From Eledone cirrhosa (Eukaryota), in NCBI GenBank assembly GCA_964016885.1, contig OZ024761.1, forward strand, positions 21,142,001-21,206,000: DNA of 64,000 nt, read 5' to 3'. Both the position numbers and the translations under genes were made by a program. A model generated the notes under the pieces. It saw nothing but the letters and a program-made list of their open reading frames with translations. It had not been told where the DNA came from and did not search any database. This document shows, one piece after another, positions 13,613 to 29,520 of this stretch (positions within the stretch are counted from its first letter, which is position 1; each line of letters starts with the position of its first letter).

Positions 13613-14042
13613 ATATATATATATATATAGTAAACAGAAAATATCTCTACTAGGTACTGCACACACACACACACACACACATATTACATACAGTCCTCTC
13701 AATACAATAGAAATATAAACAGCACCAAAAAAACAACACTGCACATGCCCAAGGCACACATAACTGCTCAGTAATGCAGTAACAACACGCAATAATAATA
13801 ATAATGAGCATAATGATAATGGTAATAAGTAAACTGTATTCTGACTGTTTTGTTCCTCTGTTTCACACTTGTTGATTTATTTTTAAATGTTTTAAAAAAA
13901 AAAAACAGACAAAAAGAAAAAAATGTAAACACAAACAAAAAACTTTGTTGAATTTTTGTTTTTTTTTAAATGGACATGAAAGAAATAGATGAGATTGGAA
14001 GAATGAAATATTGTTTTTAAAAGTATATATAAATATAATTTT

Positions 14043-14217
14043 GGCTGGACTAAACTGGGCCAAGCTGGACCAAGTTGGACCAAACTGGACTGAGCTGGAC
14101 TAAACTAGACCAATTTGGTCCAAACTGAACTAAGCTGGACTAAACTGGACCAAGCTGAACCAGCTGGACCAAGTGGACCAAGCTGGACTAAACTGGTCCA
14201 AGCTGGACCAAACTGGC
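14043..14217. repeat. 10-bp tandem repeat, about 17 copies
   Basis: a(a/g)ctggac(c/t)a. Confidence 0.85.
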
Positions 14218-14554
14218 TGTACAATAAAAAAAAAAAAGGAAAGAAAACAAAATATATAAGAAATGAATATTCTTTTTAAAAATTCTGTAAAAAATGTTAT
14301 TTTATTTTTCTGCCCACCCCCACCTACCACTCACCCCCACCTTACTATTTACCCACCCACCCTACTCTTACCTACCCACCTTACTCTTCCTCACTACCCA
14401 CCACCACCCTCGCCCACTACCCACCCACCCTGCCTCTCCACACCTCCACTATTGCTTTGCTTTTTTAGTGTTTTATTTTTGCTATTGCTATTATTATTAT
14501 TATTAGGGCGGTGGATTGGCAGAATCGGTAGAGCGTCGGAGATCATGCTAGGGT

Positions 14555-14720
14555 GGTAAAGGTTTTATTTCACATAATATCAAATCTATGAGATTTTGAT
14601 ATTACTTATTTTGAGAACAATACCTTAACATCAGTATGAGTGGTTAGTTACAGCCGGTTTGGACAGAAAGATGTGAGAGAATTCTGGCTGGATATGGCCG
14701 GTTTAATTGTTAAAGGGTTA
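14555..14720. mobile_element. Partial copy of the piggyBac-like MITE
   Basis: Aligns by eye to 10454-10662 and ends in aaagggttaa. Confidence 0.65.
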
Positions 14721-15119
14721 AAGCATGTGTTGAGCAGCCGAGAGGTTGATGAGGCTGGTCCTTACCCTGGCCTCTGTGGTGTTGAAAGCACATGATACCC
14801 CTGGACACGAGGCCAGTCCATCACAATAGCTGGGTGAATGGCTGACTTAATCTGTTACCCACTTTAACACCATCACCACTACCACCACATGGCTGTGGTC
14901 GCCCTTGGGTGGTGCTTTAATGGTGTCCAGTCTGTTGCAAGCATTTGAGCCAAATTTGAATGTCCTGGGCTCATAGGACTCATGGGCATTGCCTTTCTCC
15001 CTCCCTCTCTGAATAAACTGTCAAACGAAATATTTTGCCTTGTGGAAGAAATGATAGAGTAAGTTTTGGTATATGGCAACTCTGCAGAAGCCCATCATAC
15101 ATTGTGTGTGACAGCTCAC

Positions 15120-15335
15120 ACCTAAGCAGGTTTAGCTGGCCTCCTCCAAGGTATATCTCGTTGGAGGTGTCTTGGGTGATTTAATGATAGGGACCCCAGT
15201 CCTATCATCTCATTTCTACAGCTGATAAAGTGTCTTGCTCAAGGAAACAACACATCACCTGGTCTGAGAATTGAACTCACAACCTTTCGATTGCAAGCCC
15301 AATGCTCTAACCACTAAGCGATGCGCCTTCACCAT
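15120..15335 (-). mobile_element. tRNA-derived SINE (same subfamily as 58080)
   Basis: Reverse complement of 58080-58295 with an internal deletion. Confidence 0.65.
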
Positions 15336-15336
15336 A

Positions 15337-15418
<82 letters not shown>

Positions 15419-16522
15419 AAAGTTTTATTTAAAATTGTTGGGTTACAACAAGTAAATATTTTATAACTGATATAAAGCACTCGACAAGTTTTTGGAGTAG
15501 ATATATATATATATATATATGTATGCATATGTGCTAATTATAGTATCATTTATAAAATGGGTGTCATATGTAGGCTGAAGAACTGGGGTCTGTCTCAGTA
15601 AACATCTTAAATCTTTGGGAAACAATTGAACCAACAATAAAATCATTTGGTGGAATTTTTTTTTTTTTTTCCTTCAGAATTTTTTTTTCTTCAGAATTTC
15701 TGATCAGAATTCGTAATATTTTGTCACTTATATTTTTTCATTTTCAATCAAATATCTTTGAAATTAAAACAAACAAAATATATTTAAAGATTTAAAAGAG
15801 AAAACTAATGAAACAATCATAAGGTAGGAAGAATCAGTATAGTTTGAAAGAGTTTTGCTACAGATGTAGAGTTCCAGCTTTGTGTACAGTCTGTCTATGT
15901 ATGTGTATGTGTGTGTATGTAAGTTTGTATGTGTATATGTGTGTGTCTGTATGTCTATATGTATGTATGTGTGTATATATATGTATGATGTATGTGTGTT
16001 TGTATATGCGTGTGTGTATGTATATATGTGTGTGTGTATGTGTGTATGTGTGTGTATGAATGTATGTATGTATGTATGTATCTGTGTATGCTTGTATGTA
16101 TGAATGTATGATGTGTGTTTGTATATGTATGTATTTATGTATGTGTGTGTGTATGTATGTAATGTATATATATGTATGCATGTATGTATGTATTTGTGCA
16201 TGTATGTATATATCTATCTATATATGTGTGTGTGTGTGTATGTATGTACATTTGTATGTACATGTATGTAATGTATATATATGTACATATATGTATATGT
16301 ATGCCATATGCCGATGAAGGATGCTAACAGCGGAGAAAATACTAGTGTTCTTCTAGTCCACTAAATCACAGACACACTCGTCACTCCCTTGCCACCATAA
16401 ATATAGTGAACAAATGATTGGTCAAATAGGAAACCAGTCTGTAGCCAGCAACGATTTACTTTACAACCTGCTATATATATATAATAAAGAAGAAATTAAA
16501 AGATGGTTAAAAAAGTTCCATA

Positions 16523-16592
16523 TATTTTATTATGCGCATTTCGAAAACAACATCATCCTGGGACAAAAATTGTGTTCTCATCAGATAAAATA
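16523..16592 (-). ncRNA. Type I hammerhead ribozyme motif (mirror copy in palindrome)
   Basis: Exact reverse complement of 16685-16754. Confidence 0.78.
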
Positions 16593-16684
16593 AGGTAACA
16601 TGATATGAGGCCTAAAAACACTTGTGAACAAGACTTGACACTTTCTTGTTCACAAGTGTTTTTAGGCCTCATATCATGTTACCT

Positions 16685-16754
16685 TATTTTATCTGATGAG
16701 AACACAATTTTTGTCCCAGGATGATGTTGTTTTCGAAATGCGCATAATAAAATA
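16685..16754 (+). ncRNA. Type I hammerhead ribozyme motif
   Basis: tattttat-CTGATGA-gaacacaa...ttgttttc-GAAA-tgcgca-TA-ataaaata: 8-bp stem I, stem II, palindromic minimal stem III, AUA triplet. Confidence 0.8.
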
Positions 16755-17000
16755 TATGGAACTTTTTTAACCATCTTTTAATTTCCTCTTTAATATATAC
16801 TCCAGTTCTACCAACTGTTGAGTGCTACTTATCTGATATATGCATAGTTTTATTGTTCCACAATATTACTCACCTATATGTGTATATAGGCAAACTGACA
16901 GAGTTGTTGAAATGTAAGATAAATGATTTGCAGTTTTCATTTTGGCTCTCTGCTATCTGAGGTCAAATCCTGGCACAGTCATCTTTGCCTTTCATCCTTT

Positions 17001-18310
17001 CACCACCACCACCATACACTACCACCACCACCACACCATACACTACCACCACCACCACCACCACCATACACTACCACCACCACCACCACACCATACACTA
17101 CCACCACCACCACACCATACACTACCACCACCACCACCACCACCATACACTACCACCACCACCACCACACCATACACTACCACCACCACCACACCATACA
17201 CTACCACCACCACCACCACCACCATACACTACCACCACCACCACCACCACCATACACTACCACCACCACCACCACCATACACTACCACCACCACCACCAC
17301 CACCATACACTACCACCACCACCACCACACCATACACTACCACCACCACCACCACCATACACTACCACCACCACCACACCATACACTACCACCACCACCA
17401 CACCATACACTACCACCACCACCACCACCATACACTACCACCACCACCACACCATACACTACCACCACCACCACACCATACACTACCACCACCACCACAC
17501 CATACACTACCACCACCACCACCATACACTACCACCACCACCACCACCATACACTACCACCACCACCACACCATACACTACCACCACCACCACACCATAC
17601 ACTACCACCACCACCACACCATACACTACCACCACCACCACCATACACTACCACCACCACCACCACCATACACTACCACCACCACCACACCATACACTAC
17701 CACCACCACCACACCATACACTACCACCACCACCACACCATACACTACCACCACCACCACCATACACTACCACCACCACCACACCATACACTACCACCAC
17801 CACCACCATACACTACCACCACCACCACACCATACACTACCACCACCACACACTACCACCACCATACACTACCACCACCACCACCATACACTACCACCAC
17901 CACCACACCATACACTACCACCACCACCACCATACACTACCACCACCACCACACCATACACTACCACCACCACACACTACCACCACCATACACTACCACC
18001 ACCACCACCATACACTACCACCACCACCACACCATACACTACCACCACCACCACACCATACACTACCACCACCACCACACCACCACCACCATACACTACC
18101 ACCACACCATACACTACCACCACCACCACACCATACACCACTACTACCTTACACACCACCACCACTACCACACACACTACCACCACTTCACCACCACCAT
18201 ACACCCCACACCACCACCTCACCACCACCATACACCCCACACCCCACCACTACCACCACACCACCACCATCATACACCCCACACCACCACCAAACACCAC
18301 CACCACCCCT
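17001..18310. repeat. (CAC)n-catacactac compound satellite
   Basis: Direct reading. Confidence 0.95.
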
Positions 18311-19499
18311 ACCTCAACATCTCAATCAATATACCAATGACATCACATTTTCTCTAATTACTAATTTAGCTTCTGCTGTTTTTCCAGATATTTGCATAAT
18401 TAATTATGCAAATTCTTTCTTTGCTTTTTTTTGTTTTTGTTTTCATGGTCAACAAAATTGATTCAGTTTTGTTGTTGTTGTTGTTGTCAACCCTGGTTGA
18501 GAAGACCTCTGATCAAAGGCTTTCCAGCCGTGACCATCCCATGTGATTTGAGGGAGATTTGGTTGCAATTGTGCTGTTGTTATTGTTGTTGTTTAACCTG
18601 GGTCAATCCTGGTTGAGAAGACCTCTCATAAAAAGTGTTCCGGTTATGACCATCCCAAATGTCGAATTTGAGGAAGAACTGGCTTGTGGTGGTTTGACAT
18701 CGGAACCAATGGAGTTCCAACATACACCCCCACCCTACCTCTCTCACACACACACTCCCTACCTCTCTCACACACACACACACACACACTCCCTACCTCT
18801 CTCACACACACACATACACACACACTCTCTCTCTCTCCACACACACTCTCTCTCTCTCCACACACACACACACACATAGAGACAGTGACAGTGCCACCTT
18901 TTCTAAACTCACAGTCCCAACCAAACATCACATATGTCACACACTCCCTACCTCTCTCACACATACACACACACTCTCTCTCCACACACACACACACACA
19001 CTCTCTCTCCACACACACACACACACACACACACTCTCTCTCCACACACACACACACTCTCTCTCCACACACACACACATAGAGACAGTGACAGTGCCAC
19101 CTTTTCTAAACTCACAGTCCCAACCAAACACCACATATGTCACACACAACTCTACCACTGATCTGCACAAATTTAATCTGACAACTTTATTTTAACAAAA
19201 GATAGAAACTATAAAGTTTATATCATCATCACCATCACCATCATCATGTTTTGTATATCCAATTTTCCATGCTGGCATGGGTTGGACAGAATGGTCTGAG
19301 TCAAAGATTTACAGCCAGGTGCCCTTCAAGACAATTGGCAGGGTCAGTAGAGCGTCAGATAGAATGCTTTATGGTATTTGTTCCAGCTCTCTGAATTCAA
19401 ATCCCACCGAGGTCAACTTTGCTTTTCATCAATTCGAGGTCGATAAAAGAAGTACCAGTCACGTACTGGGGTGGGTTCTTCCTCTCTCTCACTATTTCT

Positions 19500-19582
<83 letters not shown>

Positions 19583-19607
19583 TGTAATATACAACATAAG
19601 GCAATTA

Positions 19608-19668
19608 TTTCATTTACCAGTGGTTTCTTAAAAGCAAACAAATTTTGCTTTCAATCATCAGAATGAAA
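19608..19668 (-). ncRNA. Type I hammerhead ribozyme motif
   Basis: Minus strand: tttcatt-CTGATGA-ttgaaagcaaa(atttg)tttgcttttaa-GAAA-cc(act)gg-TA-aatgaaa; 7-bp stem I, 11-bp stem II, GUA triplet. Confidence 0.8.
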
Positions 19669-19721
19669 AAATCCTGGTAGCACTCTTTTTTCCTGGACCT
19701 TTCCGACGGAATTACTTCATC

Positions 19722-19804
<83 letters not shown>

Positions 19805-19808
<4 letters not shown>

Positions 19809-19995
19809 GTGCAGAGCAGCACTAGAAGTCGATGAAAACTGCGGAGTGGGGAGACCGAAGAAGACCTGGGCTGAGGTGATAAAAGCCGACCTTATCCAGT
19901 TACACCTCTCAGACACACGACCGTGACCTCTGGTGTCACGCAGTAATACAGAAGACCCGACCCCCCCCCCACGGGTACAAGCTGAAGCTGAAATA
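19805..19995 (+). mobile_element. RTE-clade LINE 3' end
   Basis: Homologous to the reverse complement of 50980-51172 (GRPKKTW motif). Confidence 0.65.
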
Positions 19996-20427
19996 TATAG
20001 ATAATATGCCCCGACACCCTCCCACTGTAAAGTGGTCGTGTAGGCGCCACGGTAAAAAAGCACCCAGCACTCATTGTAAATGAGGTTGGTGTTAGGAAGG
20101 GCATCCAGCTGTAGAAATCAAGCCAGAATCAGTTCCTGTATGAGCAAGACATGGTCAGCCGACCAGACACTGCCCACAACAGGACAACCTGTCTAACCCA
20201 TGCTAGTGTGGAAGAACGGACGTAAAACGGTGATGATGATTTATGTATATACATACATACAGAAAGTACCAGTCAGGTACTGGGGTTGATTCTTTTATCT
20301 CTTTCTCTCTCTCACTCTCTCTCTATATATATATAGTACCAGTCACGCACTGGGGTTGAATCTTCCTCTATATCTCTTTAGCACTTCCATTCTCGTATAC
20401 TCTCTATCTTTCTCTAGAACAAATCTA

Positions 20428-23005
20428 CACCACCACCACCACCAACACCACCACCAACACCACCACCAACACCACCACCAACACCACCAACACCAACACC
20501 ACCACCACCACCACCACCAACACCACCACCAACACCACCACCAACACCACCAACACCAACACCACCAACACCACCACCACCAACACCACCACCAACACCA
20601 CCACCAACACCACCACCACCACCACCACCATCACCAACACCACCAACACCACCACCAACACCACCACCAACACCACCACCAACACCACCAACACCAACAC
20701 CACCACCACCACCACCACCAACACCACCACCAACACCACCACCAACACCACCACCACCACCACCACCATCACCAACACCACCAACACCACCACCAACACC
20801 ACCACCAACACCACCACCAACACCACCACCACCACCACCACCAACACCACCACCACCACCATCACCAACACCACCAACACCAACACCAACACCACCACCA
20901 ACACCACCAACACCAACACCACCACCAACACCACCAACACCACCACCAACACCACCAACACCAACACCACCACCAACACCACCACCAACACCAACACCAA
21001 CACCACCACCAACACCACCAACACCACCACCACCAACACCAACACCACCACCAACACCACCAACACCACCAACACCAACATCACCACCACCACCACCACC
21101 ACCAACACCAACAATATAGACCACGTCCACCAACACCACCACCACCACCAACACCACCAACACCACCACCAACACCACCAACACCAACACCACCACCACC
21201 AACACCACCAACACCACCACCACCACCACCACCACCAACACCAACAATATAGACCACGTCCACCAACACCACCAACACCACCACCAACACCACCAACACC
21301 ACCAACACCAACATCACCACCACCACCACCACCACCAACACCACCAACACCAACATCACCACCACCACCACCACCACCAACACCACCACCATCACCACCA
21401 ACATCACCACCACCACCACCACCACCAACACCACCACCATCACCACCAACATCACCACCACCACCACCACCACCAACACCACCACCATCACCACCACCAC
21501 TACCATCACCACCACCACCACCATCACCACCACCATCACCACCAACACCACCACCACCAACACCACCAACACCACCACCAACACCACCACCACCACCACC
21601 ACCACCAACACCACCAACACCAACATCACCACCACCACCACCACCACCAACACCACCACCATCACCACCAACATCACCACCACCACCACCACCACCAACA
21701 CCACCACCATCACCACCAACATCACCACCACCACCATCACCACCAACACCACCACCATCACCACCAACATCACCACCACCACCACCACCACCAACACCAC
21801 CACCATCACCACCACCACCACCATCACCACCACCACCACCATCACCACCACCATCACCACCAACACCACCAACACCACCACCACCAACACCACCACCAAC
21901 ACCACCACCAACACCACCACCACCACCACCACCATCACCAACACCACCAACACCACCACCAACACCACCACCAACACCACCACCAACACCACCAACACCA
22001 ACACCACCACCACCACCACCACCAACACCACCACCAACACCATCACCAACACCAACACCAACACCACCACCACCACCAACACCACCACCAACACCACCAC
22101 CAACACCACCACCAACACCACCAACACCAACACCACCACCACCACCACCACCAACACCACCACCACCACCAACACCAACACCACCAACACCAACACCACC
22201 ACACCACCACCACCAACACCAACACCACCACCACCACCACCAACCACCACCACCACCAACACCAACACCACCAACACCAACACCACCACACCAACAACAC
22301 CACCAACAACACCACCACCAACACCACCACCAACACCACCACCAACACACCACCAACACACCAACCACCACCACCAACCACCAACACCAACACCAACACC
22401 ACCACCACCACCACCACCACCACCAACACCAACACCAACAACCACCACCAACACCACCACCACCAACACCACCACCACCACCAACACCAACACCAACACC
22501 ACCACCAACACCACCACCACCACCACCACCATCACCAACACCACCAACACCACCACCAACACCACCACCAACACCACCACCAACACCACCAACACCAACA
22601 CCACCACCACCACCACCACCAACACCACCACCACCACCATCACCAACACCACCAACACCACCAACACCAACACCACCACCAACACCACCAACACCACCAC
22701 CACCACCACCAACACCACCACCACCACCACCAACACCAACACCACCACCAACACCACCACCACCACCACCACCATCACCAACACCACCAACACCACCACC
22801 AACACCACCACCAACACCACCACCAACACCACCAACACCAACACCAACACCAACACCAACACCAACACCACCACCAACACCACCAACACCAACACCACCA
22901 ACACCACCAACACCACCATCACCACCACCACCACCACCACCATCACCACCACCAACACCAACAATATAGACCACGTCCACCAACACCACCATCACCATCA
23001 CCAAC
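20428..23005. repeat. (CAC/CAA/CAT)n trinucleotide array, about 2.6 kb
   Basis: Direct reading; three internal copies of acaatatagaccacgtc. Confidence 0.95.
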
Positions 23006-24191
23006 AGCACTATATAAATAAAATACCAGTTAACTACTGGGGTTGATATGATAGACTCCCACCCGACCTCCATAAAATTGCTGGCCTTGTGCCTAAAGTA
23101 GAAACACCTGGTAATTATTGTTAAGGGGGTGGATTGGCAGTATCACTGGGAGATAGTTGCAGCCCCTTATCTTCTGAGTTGAAATCCCACTTATATGTCT
23201 GTGTGTATATATATGTATATGTAGGTATATATGTATAGATATATATGTATGTAGGTATATATGTATGTGTATATATATGTAGGTATATATATGTATGTGT
23301 ATATATATATGTAGGTATATATATATATATGTATATATATATACACATACATATATGCCTACATAAAGTTTATAGTAGGTATATATGTATGTGTATATAT
23401 ATATATGTATGTGTATATATATATATATATATATGTATGTATATATATATATGTATATATCATCATCGCCATTTTACGTCCGCTTTTCCCTGTTTGCAAG
23501 GGGTGGGACATATATATATATATATATATATATGTGTGTATGTGTATATATATAAAATGTATGTATAGTTGTTTGTTTATGATTAAACAACCGTGCAATG
23601 TTGCTAACTTCTTAACTTTGCAAAATCTTTTTTTACTGAAGCACCAGCACTTACACACACACATATGGACACATCACTTTACACACACACACACACATAT
23701 GGACACATCACTTTACACACACACACACATATGGACACATCACTTTACACACACACACACATATGGACACATCACTTTACACACACACACACACATATGG
23801 ACACATCACTTTACACACACACACACACATATGGACACATCACTTTACACACACACACACACATATGGACACATCACTTTACATATACACACACATATGG
23901 ACATATCACTTTACATATACACACACATATGGACATATCACTTTACACACACACACACATATATATATATCCACACATATATATATATCCACACATATAT
24001 ATATATATATACATGTTGCAATGACACTTAACAAGTTTTATCGGCCTTTTGCTTTTTCTTTGAACAATGTGAGTGGCATTGAGGGGGCAGATATGTCTGC
24101 AGGGTCCCTGGTGGTCTTCTATAACCCCCCCCCCCAAAAAAAAATCCTTGTCGTGCACCTTGGAGAAGAACTTTCCAGGTGCAACGGTTAT

Positions 24192-24839
24192 GGTCAGCCA
24201 GGAGTATCGGCAAGGACCTTGGTCAGCCAGGAGGACCGGCAAGGACCTTGGTCAGCCAGGAGGACCGGCAAGGACCTTGGTCAGCCAGGAGGACCGGCAA
24301 GGACCTTGGTCAGCCAGGAGGACCGGCAAGGACCTTGGTCAGCCAGAAGGACCGGCAGGGACCTTGGTCAGCCAGGAGGACCAGCAGGAACCTTGATCAG
24401 CCAGGAGTATCGGCAAGGACCTTGGTCAGCCAGGAGTACCAGCAGGGACCTTGGTCAGCCAGGAGTATCGGCAAGGACCTTGGTCAGCCAGGAGTACCAG
24501 CAGGAACCTTGATCAGCCAGGAGGACCAGCAGGGACCTTGGTCAGCCAGGAGGACCGGCAAGGACCTTGGTCAGCCAGGAGTATCGGCAAGGACCTTGGT
24601 CAGCCAGGAGGACCAGCAGGAACCTTGATCAGCCAGGAGTACCAGCAGGAACCTTGATCAGCCAGGAGGACCGGCAAGGACCTTGGTCAGCCAGGAGGAC
24701 CAGCAGGGACCTTGGTCAGCCAGGAGTATCGGCAAGGACCTTGGTCAGCCAGGAGGACCGGCAAGGACCTTGGTCAGCCAGGAGGACCGGCAAGGACCTT
24801 GGTCAGCCAGGAGGACCAGCAGGGACCTTGGTCAGCCAG
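24192..24839. repeat. 29-bp GC-rich minisatellite, about 22 copies
   Basis: ggtcagccaggaggaccggcaaggacctt and variants. Confidence 0.95.
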
Positions 24840-25084
24840 TGATAGGTGCTTGTTAAATGATGTACCATAAATACTTGAATATAATCTGATCTTTTCTATT
24901 TTATGTCCGATGAACTTGGGGAAAATATCCAAACTTTATTTTGCATAGAATTTGAAGTTGATGAAAAGTCGTCAAAATATAAGCCGACCCCCGACCCCCG
25001 ACCCCCGACCCCCGACACCACTCCTTCTACCATTGATGTTTTGGTCACAAATTCTTTGGCTTGTATTTGAGTAAATACAGTAAT

Positions 25085-25116
<32 letters not shown>

Positions 25117-25558
25117 TCTGTGTGAGTCCCGGGTTCAATCAGGGGTAACCACAATAAGGTACTCAATACATTAGTAAAGTGCAAACATCAAATTTAACAT
25201 AGAAATGGCTTCTACAGGACTAACTAAAACTGCTTTCTTTGGAATGAAACAGTTCTAGTCCTGTATATGAAAAGATTCAGGACCCCGACGGCTGAGCTCT
25301 GGCTGTTTCGACAGCTAGAAACGGCAGGAGCTCAGCTGTTGGGGTCCTGAATCTCTTCATATTACCCACTCTACTACCCCAAGTATCAAGTACTCTGGTG
25401 CCTTATGGTCCACCTGGTATCTTACCACACCCTCTTATATATATGTGTTTTAAGTATTTCCGAAGAAAAAGCAAAGGAAAAGAGAGTGCTCTATGTATAG
25501 AACAGAGCTATTTAATTAGAAAGTGAACAACACAAAATATAACTACTTAAGATAACAC

Positions 25559-25626
25559 CTCTGTCTGATGAACGATCCAGACATATATTAATATTGTCTG
25601 TGATCCAGAAACCTTTGGTAATAGAG
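25559..25626 (+). ncRNA. Type I hammerhead ribozyme motif
   Basis: ctctgt-CTGATGA-ac gatc cagaca...tgtctg t gatc ca-GAAA-cc(ttt)gg-TA-atagag; base of stem II mismatched. Confidence 0.65.
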
Positions 25627-25676
25627 TAGTTATATTTTGTGTTGTTCATTTTCTAATATATATAAGGATCGATCGA

Positions 25677-25881
25677 CTTTCGTCAAATCGGACCGAGGAA
25701 ACAATGTTTCCGCTGGTCTTTCCAATTGCTAATACTATCTATCGGTCACAACTCCAGGTAGAAGGAGCAACGTGAAATAAAGTGTCTTGCTCAAGGATAT
25801 AACACATCGCCCGGTCAGGAATCGAACTCACAATCTCAAGATTGTGAATCCAATTCTCTAACCACTCAGCCACACGCCCTC

Positions 25882-25882
<1 letters not shown>
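25677..25882 (-). mobile_element. tRNA-derived SINE (family 2)
   Basis: Reverse complement of 42048-42264. Confidence 0.75.
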
Positions 25883-27651
<1,769 letters not shown>

Positions 27652-28983
27652 CGTGTCAACTCTGGATGTGGGTGACCATGTCCAGCTAACCTCAGTCTCC
27701 TCTGTGCTACTCTTGAGCTGACTTTTGTTGATGCCCTAAGGACAGACACTGGTCTCTTGAAGACGCAGGACATGGCAGCGATAATGAGGGACAGAGACCG
27801 CTGGAGAGAACTTATCCATGGATCTCTGGTATTTTACCCGCCCTAGCGATACTGTATATAAGCCGAAAGCCCTCCCCCCCCCCCCCCCCAACTTTTCTAT
27901 CATCGATATTTTTTGTCACATATTCCTCGGTTTATATTCAAGTCTGTTCAGTAAATTTCTCAGACATTTCGGTGTCAATGTTGTGCATTGGTTTGAGTCT
28001 GGGGGGTTCTTTTGGTTGAGTTAAACCTTGTCTCCCCCATTCTGGGGGTATTTTACGACAATCGTCACTCTCCCAATACAAAATTGACCCCCAAAAACAA
28101 AACGAAACAAAACAAAACGAAAAAGAAACTATTGTTATATTTGCTTGTTAATAAATTTGTGTACAAGTGTATCTAGGGTTAGAGCAGCCCTGTGTAAATA
28201 AAGGTCGACTATTATTATTTGTGTGTGGGTGTGTGTGTATGTGTGTGTGTGGAGCGGGGAAGGGTGGGGCATTTGTTTGAGGGAGGGGAGAGGATTTATT
28301 CTCTGTTTTGTGGGTTGTGTGATATATATGTGTGTGTGTGTGTATATATATATATTACTCTATCATGTGTTCCAGCCAACAGGCTGAGGTCATGCTGGGG
28401 CACTGCCATATATATATATATATATGTATATATATATGTATATATATATGAATTTGAAAAAGTGTCCTGCATGGCTAAGATCATAAACTGAAGAAAACGG
28501 TGGGCAAAGACAATGGAAAAATGGACTAAAACATGGTCTCATGTAAACTGGAGCTATTGGTATAGACCTTTAATTACTGAAACCACAAAGATCGCCAGCT
28601 GTTGACTGATGAGAAGAGACTGTACTGAGTTTCATCTGTTTTTCCGTTGTCTTCGGCCACCATTTTTATATTTATTATATATATATATTTTAAAAAGAGA
28701 GTGGGTATGGAGGATCTACTGTGTTGTGGGTGCTGTGAGAATCACCTCAAGCTACCAAAAATATATTTCAGTCTCATGCAATCTTCTGTAGACTTCTTGT
28801 CATATGCAAAAAAACTGGTGACTTCTCTAGAATTCATCACAGTTTTCTATTTTTGTTGTTAAGTGAGATATCAATGAATATACCAGAGATACAAAAATAA
28901 TATATATATACATATATATATGTATATATAATATATTCATATTTATATATACCATATATATAAAATATCATTATATATATATA

Positions 28984-29023
<40 letters not shown>

Positions 29024-29139
29024 ATGTATAAAGATTATACATATATTTACATAAATACATATATATACATAAATATACACATATATATATACATAAATAT
29101 ATATATATACATATATATATATACATAAATATATGAACA

Positions 29140-29452
29140 AAAAAAAAAAAAAAATGGCGTAGACATACAACACAACAGGAGGAACAATGAATATAACACC
29201 ACTGACGATGTTGCAGATGTGCAACGAAAGATTTATGTAAACTATATATATATGTGTTTGTCTATATTGTATCTGTATTATTTTTGACCGCCGGTCAGTC
29301 AATGGCAACATTGAGGACCGAGTAAGTTAGATCGCAGATATATATATATAAAAGACAGCGAGAAGCGAAAACCAACCAAACAGTGAGTGTGTTCTGTTAT
29401 TAATTCTGGCAATATTACGCAAATATGACCCTCCCCAAATATAACAACATAA
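29140..29452 (+). mobile_element. pLTR/3' end fragment of the same Penelope-like family
   Basis: Homologous to the reverse complement of 52120-52410, including ctgacgatgttgcagatgtgcaacgaaag. Confidence 0.65.
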
Positions 29453-29474
29453 ATATATATATACATATATATAC

Positions 29475-29520
<46 letters not shown>

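Larger units (their letters stand above)
16485..16885. mobile_element. Hammerhead-bearing palindromic element (family A)
   Basis: 142-bp perfect inverted repeat (16492-16633/16644-16785) plus a tail (actccag..ctgttgagtgct) shared with 30870-30957, 53780-53860 and 15410-15500. Confidence 0.65.

Noticed and set aside
15575-15610. CTGAAGA-actggg..ctcagt-AAAC
   Set aside because: Stem II present but G of GAAA missing and no stems I or III; at best a dead relic.
16923-23073. His/Pro/Thr-rich and Gly/Val-rich long ORFs resembling extensins or glycine-rich proteins
   Set aside because: Open in most frames because of (CAC)n periodicity; no signal peptide, splice context or unique domain.
24870-25082. 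Possible pogo-type MITE end (ggcttgtatttgagtaaatacagta), similar piece at 27826-27955
   Set aside because: Could not identify a matching second TIR by eye.
28600-28640. CTGATGAG within an imperfect inverted repeat (28495-28666)
   Set aside because: No downstream GAAA; not a hammerhead.
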